Part shown: piece after piece, positions 24,938 to 25,220 of the stretch
Position numbering within the stretch: the first letter of the stretch is position 1
Layout: every line of letters starts with the position of its first letter
IMG/VR virus record: IMGVR_UViG_3300016472_000359
Location: 1 to 25,220 of that record
Origin: a virus
Taxonomy: Duplodnaviria > Caudoviricetes
Strand: one strand, 5' to 3'
DNA length: 25,220 nt
Made by a program: the position numbers and the translations under genes
The notes under the pieces: model-generated
The model's input: the letters and a program-made list of their open reading frames with translations, nothing else
Told to the model about the DNA's origin: nothing
Databases searched by the model: none

Positions 24938-25162
24938 TCAACGGGGTGGGCCCAGGCCGCCATTGAGCACGTCGACGACCGCGTCGCGGATGCGGCGGTC
25001 GCTGTGGATCCAAGACGGGTTCACCAGCCACGCATCGACCGTCCTCGCGTCCCGGGCCGAGACACTCCCGATGGCCTGCAACACGCGCATGGCGTCGGGG
25101 TGGCCGCGGATCTTGGGCTTTGGGCGGTGCTTCGAGAACGCCAGCGGCATCGGCTTCTTCAC
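24938..25162 (-). CDS. Hypothetical protein (74 aa)
   Basis: GTG start with GGAG RBS and GTGA overlap with the upstream gene. Confidence 0.55.
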   Translation of the reverse strand: MKKPMPLAFSKHRPKPKIRGHPDAMRVLQAIGSVSARDARTVDAWLVNPSWIHSDRRIRDAVVDVLNGGLGPPR

Positions 25163-25220
25163 GTCTTGCTCCCCTCCCCCCGCGCGGCTTCGGCGGCGGC
25201 GCGGGTGCTGTAGCAGTCGG
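25159..25220 (-). CDS. 3' end of a hypothetical protein (partial)
   Basis: ..DCYSTRAAAEAARGEGSKT-stop, with the TGA overlapping the next GTG. Confidence 0.5.
   Translation of the reverse strand, partial: DCYSTRAAAEAARGEGSKT

Noticed and set aside
1-25220. Host assignment and prophage versus free phage status
   Set aside because: GC content and some protein motifs reminded me of Planctomycetota-associated phages, but there are no host genes, integrase or att site in the window, so neither can be supported.

Overview
High-GC (roughly 70% by eye) segment of a tailed dsDNA phage or prophage genome. It carries a nearly complete podovirus-type (P22-like gene order) morphogenesis operon on the minus strand. 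Right to left: small hypothetical genes and a winged-HTH gene, a 204-aa protein, a pectate-lyase-type beta-helix tailspike, a 50-aa Trp-rich ORF, TerS, TerL, portal, a Cys-less FmdB-like protein, scaffold, major capsid, capsid decoration protein, head-tail adaptor, a tail nozzle apparently split over two genes around a lipoprotein plus membrane-protein pair, an Ig-like protein, ejection proteins, and a >1490-aa polyvalent-type protein that runs off the left edge (absent from the ORF track). Most plus-strand ORFs in the track are antisense shadows. Main observations: (i) a conserved leader element CGGCCAAGGCGC(GGGAG) before four genes, three times just behind a -10 box, with its complement in a structured intergenic region after the capsid genes; (ii) small plus-strand, apparently leaderless ORFs hidden antisense to the ejection genes, including a SieA-like membrane protein; (iii) a 28-bp in-frame direct repeat bracketing one domain of the giant protein; (iv) the split nozzle. 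No integrase, endolysin, tRNA, rRNA or CRISPR array is visible. All family calls come from motifs and gene order read by eye, not from database searches.
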